Shown here: positions 21,738 through 33,459 of the stretch, piece by piece | Position numbering within the stretch: the stretch's first letter is position 1 | How the letters are laid out: every line of letters begins with the position of its first letter | Assembly: GCF_035594765.1 (NCBI RefSeq) | Contig: NC_085846.1 | Coordinates: forward strand, 12,201,190 to 12,265,189 | DNA length: 64,000 bases | Direction of reading: 5' to 3' | From: Anolis carolinensis | Taxonomy: Eukaryota | Position numbers and translations under genes: made by a program | Notes under the pieces: generated by a model | What the model saw: only the letters and a program-made list of their open reading frames with translations | Database searches by the model: none | What the model was told of the DNA's origin: nothing

Positions 21738-24004
21738 GTAGACCGCACTATCTCCCCAAAAAGGGACTCAGGGCAGTTTCCAACACTTAGGGCAAACATT
21801 AAATGCCAATAAAGAAACATGTGAACAAATTACATCAAAACAAAATACAGTAGAGTCGTTTATCCAACCATTACTTATTCAACATTCTGTATTATCCAAT
21901 GCAGTCTGCCTTTTAGTAGTCAATGTTTTTGTAATCAATGTTTTCAATACATTGCAATGTTTTGGAGCTAAATTAGTAAATACATTATGTTACTGTATAT
22001 TGAACTGCTTTTTCTGTCAGTTTGTTGTAAAACATGATGTTTTGGTGCTTAATTTGTAAAATCATAACATGATTTGACGTTTAATAGGCTTTTCCCTTAA
22101 TCCCTCCTTATTATCCAACATTGTCGCTTATCCAACGTTATGCCGGCCCGTTTATTTTAGATAAGTGAGACTCTACTGTAAGTAAAAAAAAATAAAAGTA
22201 AAAATAAAAATAAAACAACTATTGCTAGAACTTAATACAAAATAGCAATTATCTAAAAATAAAACTAGACCAGTTTGTTTTCTTTGGACTCTTGGTTGTC
22301 CTTGCTTGTGAATTCTGGGAAATATAGTCCAAAGTCTGTTTAAAATTGGACTGTAGCAAACAAACTCTGGCGATGTCTGTGTGAAAGAGTGTATGTTGTG
22401 TACATATGTCTGTGTGTAAATATGTTTCGGTACAACCTTTCTCTGCTCCAGTACTAGTTCAGTGTATTTTTTAGCAGAGGAACAGCTAAACTCTAGAGAG
22501 TATTGTGACATTGCAGTGATGTGTCTATTAAATATTATGAATTATCACTGTTTCTACTAGACAACTCTGGTGATAAATGCCAGTACTGAGAGCAAGATAG
22601 GCATGTCAACATTCACGAAAATTTCCAAGTACAAGAACGAAGACAGAGTGAAAGAAACACAGATGTCAATGTCAGTACTCCCAAACCATTTGAAAACCAA
22701 GGTTATTATTACAAAGAAAATAAATAATAAAAGAAGTAAAACTTTATAGTATAAAATGCTAAAACTTATGCAAATACATTGTAGCTCTTACAACAAATTA
22801 CGAACCTATATCAGAATACAGATACACAAGCAAAACACCTGCGAACACATACACAAACAAACTACACTAACAAACAATAAAACAATTCTATGAACCTCAC
22901 ACGCACTATCAGATGGCCTTAATCCCTTTTTATTCCTTTCCCTTTAAATCAGTGGTTCTCAATCTGTGGGTTCCCAGGTGTTTTGGCCTAGAACTCCCAA
23001 GAAATCCCAGCCAGTTTACCAGGTGTTAGGATTTCTGGGACTTGAAGGCCAAAATATCTGGGGACCCATAGGTTGAGAACCACTGCTTTAAATGGTATTA
23101 TATAACCCCACTTCCACATTTGGTAACTTGCTTCTGATTCATAAATCCTACAGTTGACATTTGCTCTTATTGTTGTTAGGGGAAAAGGCAATAAACAAAT
23201 CCCAATTTTTCTTGTCAGTTTCCTTGTAATTTCAAGTAACATTTAAGAAATTAAAACAGAGAATAGAGCTGGAATACTTTCCCTGGTGGCGCAGCGGATT
23301 AAACTGTTTAGCTGCTGAACTTGCTGACTGAAAGGTCGGTGGTTCAAATCCGGGGAGCAGGTGAGGTCCCGCTGTTAGCCCCAGCTTCTGCCAACCTAGC
23401 AGTTCGAAAACATGCAAATGTGAGTAGATCAATAGGTACCGCTCCGATGGGAAGGTAACGGCGCTCCATGCAATCATGCTGGCCATATGACCTTGGAGGT
23501 GTCTACGGACAATGCTGGTTCTTCAGCTTAGAAATTGAGGCGAGCACCAACCCCCAGAGTTGGACACGACTAGACTTAATGTCAGGGACAAACCTTTATC
23601 TTATTTATCTGTTGTCTCACGCCTGTTCTTAACTATGAGTTGGATGTTTAACTTGCAAACTGCCTGTAGCAGGTTAATCTGGTTTTTTTTGGGGGGGGGG
23701 GGGGGTTGTTTGTTTTTTTTGCTTTCGTTTCTGTGGCTGAAAGTAACTTAACTTTGCATCCTTCTTGTTCCCAGGTTTCTCAACCAGTGGCTTGGCGGCC
23801 GTCGCTCTGTTGGGCTCATCCTTGGTCTCCATTGCTGGTTCGCTCTATCTGGCCTACATCCTCTTCTTCGTGCTCCATGACTTCTGTGTGATTTGTGTCA
23901 GTACTTACATCCTCAATTTCGCCCTGCTTTTTCTCAATTACAAACGCCTTGGCTACCTCAACCGGGCCTGGCAACATCATCCAGCTAAGATCAAGAAGCA
24001 GTGA
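18910..24004 (+). CDS. VKORC1: Vitamin K epoxide reductase complex subunit 1; join(18910..19079,21405..21514,23775..24004), 169 aa (in-frame upstream ATGs at 18874 and 18805)
   Basis: Exon 1 has the loop cysteines ([13 protein letters not shown]). Exon 2 is 110 nt ([16 protein letters not shown]). Exon 3 has the CxxC redox motif (FCVICVSTY). Junctions are GT-AG and in frame. Adjacent to BCKDK, as VKORC1 is in mammals. Confidence 0.9.
19117..19326. mobile_element. Palindromic hAT-like MITE (CAGGCATGG family), long variant
   Basis: ~100-bp arms centred on GCTTAAGC (19218-19225). Confidence 0.75.
19945..20205 (-). mobile_element. L2 LINE 3' fragment
   Basis: [14 protein letters not shown]...KTHLFQQAF, homologous to the end of the large L2 ORF2. 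Confidence 0.7.
20211..20533 (-). mobile_element. Sauria SINE
   Basis: tRNA-like head, body GCAAATGTGAGTAGATCAATAGGTACC, ACCTTT-type tail. Confidence 0.85.
21668..21737. repeat. (AAT)n(ATT)n perfect 70-bp palindrome
   Basis: Two 35-nt arms with the centre between 21702 and 21703. Confidence 0.9.
21848..22178. mobile_element. Tc1/mariner-type MITE (CAGTAGAGTC family)
   Basis: Same TIR and body; TA flanks. Confidence 0.8.
23281..23600 (+). mobile_element. Sauria SINE
   Basis: CCCTGGTGGCGCAGCGG A box, GGTTCAAATCC B box, same body, ends AAACCTTTATC. Confidence 0.85.
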
Positions 24005-25829
24005 ATATAAAACCTGGATCATGCTAGAATGGTGAAGCTTTAGACTGATCTTTCTCATCTTTCTATAGGCTTTTTGTATAGTATAAATTAGCTCCTTTAG
24101 CTTGTTTTGTCCTCTTCCCTCAAATAAGTGAGACCAGATTTTTCAGCATTCCTCTTCTCTATTCCTTTAGATTCCAATCACACTAGGACTCTGGGTTCTA
24201 TTTTGAGTCTTAGATGGTTGCATTGACCTACAGAAATCAAGACCTTCTTTTTAAAAATGTATATATATAAAGCTTATTTTTATAGGCCTTCATATAGGAA
24301 CAAAAACAATGCTAAAACATATCAGTTTGTGCAAATATAGCTACGGCTGGTTTTGCTTTTTCAAATGGCATTAAAGTGAGAATTGTTGACCATTTGAAAT
24401 AAAGTTGACAGTCATGGGGAGGTCCTGATTTTGGCAGGAAACACCTGCGATTTTTAACCACACTAAACATAATTGAGAGTTTGCGATCTTTTTAATGGTA
24501 CTCGAGAGTTTCCTGCCAAGGTCTCAGTCAAACTGTACAAAAATGACAATTTTTTTAAAATACAAAAATACGTTCTGACACTAAGTTTGGGAACCGCAGT
24601 ACAATTTCTCCTGGTTAGTGGTCACACTGATGTTGTGTCCTGCCAAATGACTTACTTAGTTGGATTGTTTACGCATTCCTTTGTCAATTGATATTGTTTA
24701 GTAGTATAGTCCCGTTGGTTTTGTTAGAAGATAGTGATCACATTGTGGTGGTCCTATATGCCTTAAAGTCATTTCCAACTTATGGCAACCCTAAGATAAG
24801 CCTATAATGGGATTTTCTTGATAAGGTTTGTTCAGAGGGGGGATTCTTTTTTCCTGAGAGAGTATGTGTGTCTACACTGCAGAATTAACGCAGTGTGACC
24901 CCATGCTATAAAATACTGGGAGTTATGGTTTGGTGAATCACCAGCACTCTTTGACAGAGAAAACTACAAATCTTGTAAAACTGCAGTTCCAATCATTTCA
25001 TAGCATTGAGCTATTGGGGTTGAAGTGGTGTCAAACTGCATTAATTCTACAGTGTAGATGCACCCTATGACTTGCTCAAGGTCAGTCATTGGATTTTCCA
25101 TGGCTCAGCATGGATTCAAACCCTGGTGTTAATCCACTACATGGTCCCGACTTCCATTGGGCCCATACTAGTTGTCTCTTTATCAAGAAGCTTTAGCTGT
25201 TTGTGCCCATTTCAGAGAAAGGAAGACTCTTGATTGTCTTCATACATTCTAAATTTGAATGGGATGAGCAAACAAGCTAGTGTTTTCCAGGCTGCTTTAG
25301 ACTACAGTTCCACACAGCCTTAGCCAAAAAATGAGAAAACGCTATTAATTATGAGATTCATAAACTTAACATCTGGGGCACAAAGTGTAATCAAAAAGCC
25401 TTTACTTGTGTTGATGAATTAAAGCTCTGGGTCCAAACAGACAGAAAAACATGTGTACTTAAGAAGGATTAAACCTGAAATAAAGAGAAAGCACTAACTG
25501 GGATCACTGGCTTTCATTGTGTGTCCTGCTTTCAAGGGGGCAAATCATCTGATTTCAGGCTTTTTAAGAAGCAGCTGTGAAAATACAAATATATTTGCTG
25601 GAAAAGAGAATAGCTTGCATTCACCCACTAGATAGTTTTTGGAAAATCATTCTAGCCTTTTCTTTGTGGAGCTCAAGGTAGCATACATCTCTCTTTGGCT
25701 GTTAATTTTTTGTCCTTAGAACCACCCACAAGGCCAGTGATGGTGGGAGGAAATAACCTTACCACCTTTTCCCCAAAAACATGTAAGTGTTGTTGAAAAA
25801 CCATCTACTATTGAGTGAGAAGGGCGAAC

Positions 25830-26170
25830 AAAATTATCAAAGGCTGAAAACCAAGCCCTATGAGGAACAGCTTAGGGAGCTGGAGATGTTTAGCTGGGAG
25901 AAAAGGAGGCTGAGAAAAGGCATGAGAGTCATGTTCAAATAGGTAAAAGGATGTCACATTGAGGCCGGGGGGGGGGGGGGGCATGTTTTCTGCTGCTCTG
26001 GAGTCTAAAACAGAGCAATGGATTCAAACTACAGGAAAAGAAATTCCACCTAAACATTGGAAACAACTTCCTGATGGTAAGAGCTGTTCGGCAGTGGAAT
26101 ATGCTGACTTAGAGTGTGATGGGGTCCCCTACTTTGGAGGTTTTTAAACAGGAGTTGGATGACCCATCTC
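25830..26170 (+). mobile_element. CR1 LINE 3' fragment
   Basis: CCCTATGAGGAACAGCTTAGGGAGCTGGAGATGTTTAGC, typical of CR1; degraded. Confidence 0.7.
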
Positions 26171-26479
26171 GTGGTGCCAGAGTGCAGTCTGTTCAATGCC
26201 TTTCAAGTCGCCCAGTCTTCTGTGTGTCTAGGAGGGAATCTCATCCAGTCTCAACCACTGATTGAAGTTCTGGGTTTTAGCCTGCCACTTTTGGACTCTC
26301 TTGCTCCCTGCGAGTATCTCTATAGATCTTAGGAAGCTGTTTCATGGTTTAAGACATTGGCATCTTGACTGATATCTGAACAGAGGGTGGGCCGGAGATG
26401 TCAATGCCTTGGTCCTTTCATTACAGGCTGCTACTTCCTGATGGATGTCAGGTGGTGCAACAACGGCTGCTGCTGCTTC

Positions 26480-27317
26480 TCAATCACATAGTCGTTTCCG
26501 ACTCTTCATGACCTCATGGACCAGTCCACGCCAGAGCTCCCTGTCAGCTGTCGCTGCCCCCAGTTCCTTCAAGGTCAAGCCAGTCACTTCAAGGATACCG
26601 TCCATCCATCTTGCCCTTGGTCGGCCTCTCTTTTTCCTTCCATTTTCCCTAGCATCATGATCTTTTCCAAGATTTCCTGTCTTCTCATGATGTGGCCAAA
26701 ATACTTCAGCTTTGCCTCTAATATCCTTCCTTCCAATGAGCAGTCGGACATTATTTCCTGGAGGATGGACTGGTTGGATCTTCTTGTGGTCCAAGGCACT
26801 CTCAGGATTTTCCTCCAGCACCAAAGTTCAAAAGCATCTATCTTCCTTCGCTCAGCCTTTACTTATTTATTTATTTATTTATTTACAGCATTTATATTCC
26901 GCCCTTCTCACCCCAAAGGGGGCTCAGGGCGGATCACATAGCACACATAAAGGCAAACATTCAATGCCATGACATAGAACAGAGACAGAGACAAGATGCA
27001 GGCACGGGCTGGCCTTGATCTCATGACCTCTTGGTCAGCATGATTTGTTGCAGCTGGCTTGCTTTCCAGCCTTCCTTATGATCCAGCTCTCGCATCCATA
27101 GGTTACTGTGGGGAATACCATTGCTTTGATTATGTGGACCTTCATTGCCAGTGTGATGTCTCTGCTTTTCACTGTTTTATTGAGGTTGGCCATTGCTGTC
27201 CTCCCAAGAAGTAAACGTCTTCTGATTTCCTGGCTGCAGTCTGCATCTGCAGTGATCTTGGTGCCTAGAAATATAAAGTCTGTCACTGCCTCCATGTGTT
27301 CTCCTTCTATTTGCCAG
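26480..27317 (-). mobile_element. Bov-B/RTE LINE 3' fragment, split by an L2-type 3'-end insertion (~26859-27067)
   Basis: Translates to RTE RT C-terminus (DCSQEIRRRLLLGR, VTYGCESW, LKYFGHIMRR, RGRPRARWMDGI). CAGCCTT is duplicated around the insert. Confidence 0.85.
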
Positions 27318-27720
27318 TTATTTAGCAATAACGGCTAAACAGTATAATTTCTCCATCAGTGTAGGGTGTAGACATCCTGTGACAATGTGGCATGTCTCAT
27401 TAAGAGCTACATGCACTGTTTTAATGTGGTGAGATGTATTCCAGACTGGGCATGCATACTCAGCAGCAGAGTAGCAAAGTGCAAGGGCAGATGTCTTCAT
27501 GTGTCTGGTTTTGATCCCCAGGTGGTGCCAGTCAGCATGATGTTATTTCCAGCACCCACTCTTTGTGTGATACTCAAGCAGTGCTTCTTGCCAGGCAGAC
27601 CACAGTCCAGAGTGACTCCCAGGTATTTTGGTGTGCTGCAATGCGCCAGTAGGATTCCTTCCCAGGTTTAAAGGTGGTAATTGCAGAGTAGTATTTGAAA
27701 AGAGGTTTGTCACTCTGTCC
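27318..27720 (-). mobile_element. Vingi/Ingi-type LINE RT fragment
   Basis: TSALALCYSAAEYACPVW peptide, frameshifted. Confidence 0.65.
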
Positions 27721-28010
27721 TTCAACAATGCATTTGCTGTTTAAAGCGGCATCAAACTGAATCAATTCTACTGTTCAGATGCAGCCTTAGGGCCTGCCTG
27801 CATTGTAGAATGAATACAGCTTTACAACACTTTAACAGCTGTGACCTAATGCTATGGAATCGTGGGAGTTGTAGTTCTGCAAGGTCTTTAGCAGAGAAGG
27901 GAGCGGCCTGTTGATGGAATGCAGTTAACATTAATTAAGTAATTTATAGGGTATTTAATGATTTAATAATGAAAAATCGGCGCCTGAAAGCATTATTCCA
28001 ACATCCTTCC

Positions 28011-28253
28011 AAGACTACACTTCCCATCCTCCCGCGCTCTTCCCTTTTGTAGGAGTCCCATTTCAAACCAGCGCACTTCCTGTCTGGGAAAGAGCGTACT
28101 GGAAGGGAAGGACTCCATTTCCCAGAAGGCCTTGCTTCTCCCCGTCAGAGCTCGCCTGGCATCAGTTCCCCCCCCCTTCCCAACGAGCCAGCTGGTTCAG
28201 TCCGGTCCCTAAGTGCGGAAACCGCTGCGGCGTTGCGACTTGGCGCGGTAAGG
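28011..28253 (+). promoter_or_regulatory. Putative BCKDK promoter and non-coding exon 1 (donor at 28248)
   Basis: CpG-containing patch with two ZNF143/Staf-type sites (ACTACACTTCCCATCCTCCCGCG 28014-28036; GACTCCATTTCCCAGAAGGCCTTGC 28111-28135), ETS cores, and a donor GCG|gtaagg. Confidence 0.6.
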
Positions 28254-28598
28254 GCCCTCCTCGTGGAAGGTACCATTATGATTGCTGATGGGGGGGGAGG
28301 AGGTTTAAGGATTAGGCGTTCTAGTCGCTGCTACCAAGGGAACGATGGGGGGCTGTTATTGTTTATTTTAGGGAAAGGTGCAGCGCGTTGGGGAAGAAAG
28401 ACATTATTGTTATGGGGTTCTTTTAATATTAGGGAGGAGCTTGATGTGTTGAAAGGGCAAAGCCAGGACTGTGTCAGGATATTGGGGCAACAATGGTTTC
28501 AGGCTCCCTCTATGAAGAGTAATCTACTATGGATTTAAATGGAACCAAAACCCACCTAAATCTTGAGGGCCTCATAGTTAAATCCAAGGTATGTAACT

Positions 28599-31500
28599 AG
28601 GCTTAGGTAAACATCGGCCCTCCAGGTGTTTGGACTTCAACTTCCACAATTCCTAACAGCCGGTAGGCTGTTAGGAATTGTGGGAGTTGGAGTCCAAAAC
28701 ACCTGGAGGGCTGAAGTTTATCCAGGCCTGATCTACACTAAGATTAATGTACAGTAGAGTCTCACTTATCCAACATAAACGGGCCGGCAGAATGTTGGAT
28801 AAGTGAATATGTTGGATAATAAGGAGGCATTAAGGAAAAGACTATTAAACATCAAATTAGGTTATGATTTTACAAATTAAGCACCAAAACATCATGTTAG
28901 ACAACAAATTTGGCAGAAAAAGTAGTTCAATACGCAGTAATGCTATGTAGTAATTACTGTATTTATGAATTTAGCACCAAAATATCACGATATATTGAAA
29001 ACATTGACTACAAAAATGCGTTGGATAATCCAGAATGTTGGATAAGCGAGTGTTGGATAAGTGAGACTCTACTGTAGTTTGACATGCCTTCGCTGCTAAA
29101 GAGAGCTGAGGCCTCACCAAACTACAGCTCCCAAGAATGCATTAGACTTGAGCCATGGCAGTTAAAGTGGTGTTGAACTGCATTGTTTCTACAGCGTGTG
29201 GATACATTCTTGGATGGCTCTTGGGCCAAGACCGGGCAAACTTCAGCCCTCCAGGTGTTTTGGACTTCAACTTCCATAATTCCTAACAGCTGGTAGGTTG
29301 TTAGTAATTGTGGGAGTTGAAGTCCAAAATACCTGGAGGGCCACAGTTGGCCCACGCCTGCTCTGGTCCCATCTACACTGCCATATGTTGCAGACTGGAA
29401 TTGTATTATGTGACCGGCATAGATTTATGCCATTTGACAACATTGAACGGCATTAGATGAGTCTACCCCAGGCATGAACAAACTTTAGCCCTCCAGGTGT
29501 TTTGGACTTCAGCTTCCACACTTCCTAACAGTTTTAGTTTTACAAATTTTTTAGCCCTCTCTGTCAAGTAGTGCTGGTGTCTCTCCAAATTACAATAGCC
29601 ATTATTCCATAGCATTGAGCCATGGCAGTTCAAGCAGTGTCAAGCTGCATGATTCTATAGTGCAGAGCAGGAAAGGGCAAACTTTGGCCCTCCAAGTGTT
29701 TTGGACTTCAACACCCACCAGCTGTTAGGAATTGTGGGAGTTGAAGTCCAGAACACCTGGAGGGCCAAAGTTTGCCCATGCTTGGTCTACACTATTAAGT
29801 TAATGCCATTTGATACGATTTTACCTGCTGTAACAACACCATAGAACCCTTTCGTAGTTTGATGAATCACCAGCACCCTTTGGCAGAGAAGGCCAAAGAC
29901 CTTGAAAAACTACAACTCTCACTATTCCATAGCATTGAGCCATGGCCTTTCAAGTGATGTCTGGCAGATTAAAGGAAGGGGACTTCAGAAGGAAAGGGCA
30001 GCTGCCGCAGTTGGTCTTGATCAGCCTTGTTCTACATAGAGTTCCAAGATAAGCTTGGGCTGGTGTCCAAGTTGTCCTGCATTGCTCCTTTCCCCTTTAA
30101 CTGGCTGAACCTGGGGAATGTAAATAGCTGGACTTGGCAAGGAAATGGCAATTGTTCCAAAACCCTTAGTGCATACTTCAAAAGCGCACGAGACTGGCCT
30201 GTGGTGGGGACGTGATATTGGGAAAGCTGCACGTGAAACACTGAAAACAAGGATCTCTCTCTAGTGTTCCTGTTTCACAAAGTGGTATGTGCAGTGATTG
30301 TGATATATAATAATTTGCAGAACATCATGCAGAAGCATAGTGTCTGAAATGAAATAGATGGCAAAAACTTCCTAAAGGCCTATGCACTTTATGTGCATGA
30401 ATCTAGAAATATTAGTCAACAAATAGTCCTCAAGTATATATGGGTCTGACTATTGCCTTTAAATTTGTTTTACTGAGAAACATTTTAAATAGGAAGTGTA
30501 GATTTAAAAAAGTGTAATGTAGCAGTTTGAGTGTTGGATTAGGACACTGGAGCCCCATCCACACTGCCATATGATGCAGTTTCAGAATGCCATTTTACTG
30601 CACTGAAGAGCATTATATGGCAGTGTAGATTTGTATAATCCAGTTCAGTGCGGTTAAACTGCATTATATGACAGTGTAGAAGGGGCCTCTGAGGCCAGGG
30701 TTTGAATCCCTGCTTGGACATAGAAACCTATTTGGTTACTCTCTCAGCCTTAGAGGAAACAAATCTACAAAGAATCACTCTTGGCAAGAAAATCCTGTAA
30801 TTGCTTCATCTTAGGGTTTGTTTTTTTCATTTGTTGGAAGGCACACAATTGCAATTATTTTTTAAAAAGAAAAGAAATCTAGCTTTGTTTTGTGAGATTG
30901 CTTGTCCTGTTCTTTTTTTTTCTTTTTTCTTGAAAGAAAAATGCCATGATGTTAAGAATTGTGGGAGTTGAAGTCCAAAACACCTGAAGGGCTGAAGTTT
31001 GCCCATGCTTGACCTAAATGATTAGCACCCCGTCATCTTCTATAGTTGTGAAATTCTTAATGAAACCTCCCAGGACCTTTTTCCCTGGGCATTTTTTGAT
31101 GCTGCTGGGCTTCCCCTCCCTGCTGTCTTCAGCTGCTCCCGGTCAAATGAGGTCGGAGGAGGCGTAGGGAGGAGCTGGGCTGGGGCAGCTGCTGCGTGCG
31201 TGTACACTGTGCCAAGAGCCAGAAGACTCTGTTGATAGCAGCCAGACAAACAGGGCCTTGGCATCGTTGCTTCCGAGGTGGTGCCCATATGGAACCTGGG
31301 GACCCGCATGGGCAGGGGGTGAGTGGATAAGTTCATGCCCTCCAGGAGACCCATCTCTCTCCTGCTCCTGTTTCCCCTTCCTAGGAGCAGCTGAGGCCAG
31401 GAATCTGGAGTTCTGGTTTCCAGTTTGCTGAGCCACAAGGCCTCATCCTCTGCCTGAAATGGAAACCGGGTGTCTTAGTTTTCATCCTGCCTAGAAAGCC

Positions 31501-31792
31501 AGGAGATTTTATTTCTTGGTGGGCTTCCTCTAGGAAGACCTCTCTGTCCTCTCAAAGCTGTGATTCAGTGGAAACTATTTATTTTATTCCCATCTTATGC
31601 CCTAATTCTTTAAGTCTGCTCTCTCCTTCCAAATTGGAATAGTAACTACCATATATACCAGGCATGGGCAAACTTCAGCCCTCCGGGTGTTTTGGACTTC
31701 AACTCTCATAATTCCTAACAGCAGGTAGGCTGTTAGGAATTGTGGGAGTTGAAGTCCAAAACATCCAGAGGGCTGAAGTTTACCCATACTTG
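28599..31792. repeat. Cluster of palindromic CAGGCATGGGCAAACTT MITEs in BCKDK intron 1 (~28599-28729, 29228-29360, 29469-29530, 29668-29783, 30950-31011, 31659-31792)
   Basis: Repeated GGTGTTTTGGACTTCAACTCCCACAATTCCTAACAGC and its reverse complement. Confidence 0.75.
28752..29074. mobile_element. Tc1/mariner-type MITE (CAGTAGAGTC family)
   Basis: Perfect TIRs; TA flanks. Confidence 0.85.
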
Positions 31793-33150
31793 GTATAAAC
31801 TCATGTATAAGTCAACCTTATGTATAAGTTGAGGGGTAGTTTGGGGGTCAGAATTATGGATTTTTATGTGACCCATGGATAAGTTGTAAGTCATTCTGCA
31901 AAGAATGGAAAGGGCCAACAGAGAAAGTAGAAGGGAGTGGTGCTTCTCTTAGGTTTTCTCGGGACAGATCAAAATCCTGCCTTTTGCCACACTATTCAGA
32001 GATGTTTTTAATAGGAACTGCAGTGCAGCACTTGCATTTACCCAACTTAAGTTTTTTGGATTGATATTTTTAGTAAACTTTCTAGACTTATACATGGGCA
32101 CATACAGTAGTATGTATGCCATCTCTGTTTGAACTAATCTAAGGCATAACAGTTGTTGAATTGCAAATTCTCCAGATGTCATTAAACTGTAAATTCTCCA
32201 TCCTAAGTAGTGGATAATTAGAAACATGAGGAGAAGCGGTTTGGCAACATTTAGAGGTCGGCACAACTCCAAAAATGTCCGAAGTCAGCACACCCTCCGA
32301 CTGGCTCAATTTGTCAGGGACTGGCTTCTGTCACCCCACTTTTTAAACTGTTTTTGTAATGTCCCATATTTTCTCTACCTCCCCGCTTTGTCTTAGCTTA
32401 CTTCAGCTTTTGCAGACTGAGTTTAAAGTGGTTTGCACTCAGTTATCTTAATGGGCAATAGGAGGTGGCGGAACCTTGACCTTCCCTGTAGTTTCAAGCA
32501 AAAGCAAACCACTGCAATCTCTCAACTTGGGTGTTGTACTGCATTAATATTTTTTTCCATCTTGACTGCACTCTGATGTTGTTTGGTCATGCATGTCATA
32601 GTTTTTATTTGTTAAATAGGAAAGATGATGCAGCCTTTGGTCTTCCAGGTGTTATTCGGTTGCATTTCACCCCACTGGCCATGTTGGTTGGGGCCAACAG
32701 CAGTTAGAGTCCAAGAATATATAGATGCTTATCCTACAACTAGTTTTCATTGGGGATGGAAAACCTATGTCTGGATTGTACCACATTGGCTATTGGAGGG
32801 AAGGACTTGTACAATGGTATGTTCCTCTTATCTAAGCTACAGTGAGCAGATTGTGGCTCTCCATGGATTCAATCGTCCACATTTTGACCCCCCCCCTTCA
32901 ATTAGAAAAAGTAATCTTGATTGTGCAATTTTATACAAGGGACACTATTGTATTATTCCATGGCATATAACAGGACTTGAGGATTTATGGATTTTGGTAC
33001 CCACAGGCAATCCTGGAACCAAACCTCAGCAGATATCAAGGGCCTACTGTACATGGATAGTTTTTTAAAATTACATTTTTATTCTGTACTATATACTTTT
33101 AATAAAATATTATTACATGTTTCACCTCTGTAGACCATGTTTTTGTAATA

Positions 33151-33459
33151 CAGTAGAGTCTCACTTATCCAACATTCTGGATTATCCAACGCATTTTTGT
33201 AACCAATGTTTTCAATACATCATGATATTTTGGTGCTAAATTCGTAAATACAGTAATTACTACATAGCATTACTGTGTATTGAACTACTTTTTCTGTAAA
33301 AAATTGTTGTATAACATGATGTTTTGGTGCTTAATTTGTAAAATCACAACCTAATTTGATGTTTAATAGGCTTTTCCTTAATCTCTCCTTATTATCCAAC
33401 ATATTCGCTTATCCAACATTCTGCCGGCCCGTTTACGTTCGATAAGTGAGACTCTACTG
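33151..33459. mobile_element. Tc1/mariner-type MITE (CAGTAGAGTC family)
   Basis: TIRs; TA flanks. Confidence 0.85.

Noticed and set aside
28599-29783. CRISPR-like repeat array
   Set aside because: Eukaryotic context; these are irregularly spaced palindromic MITEs.
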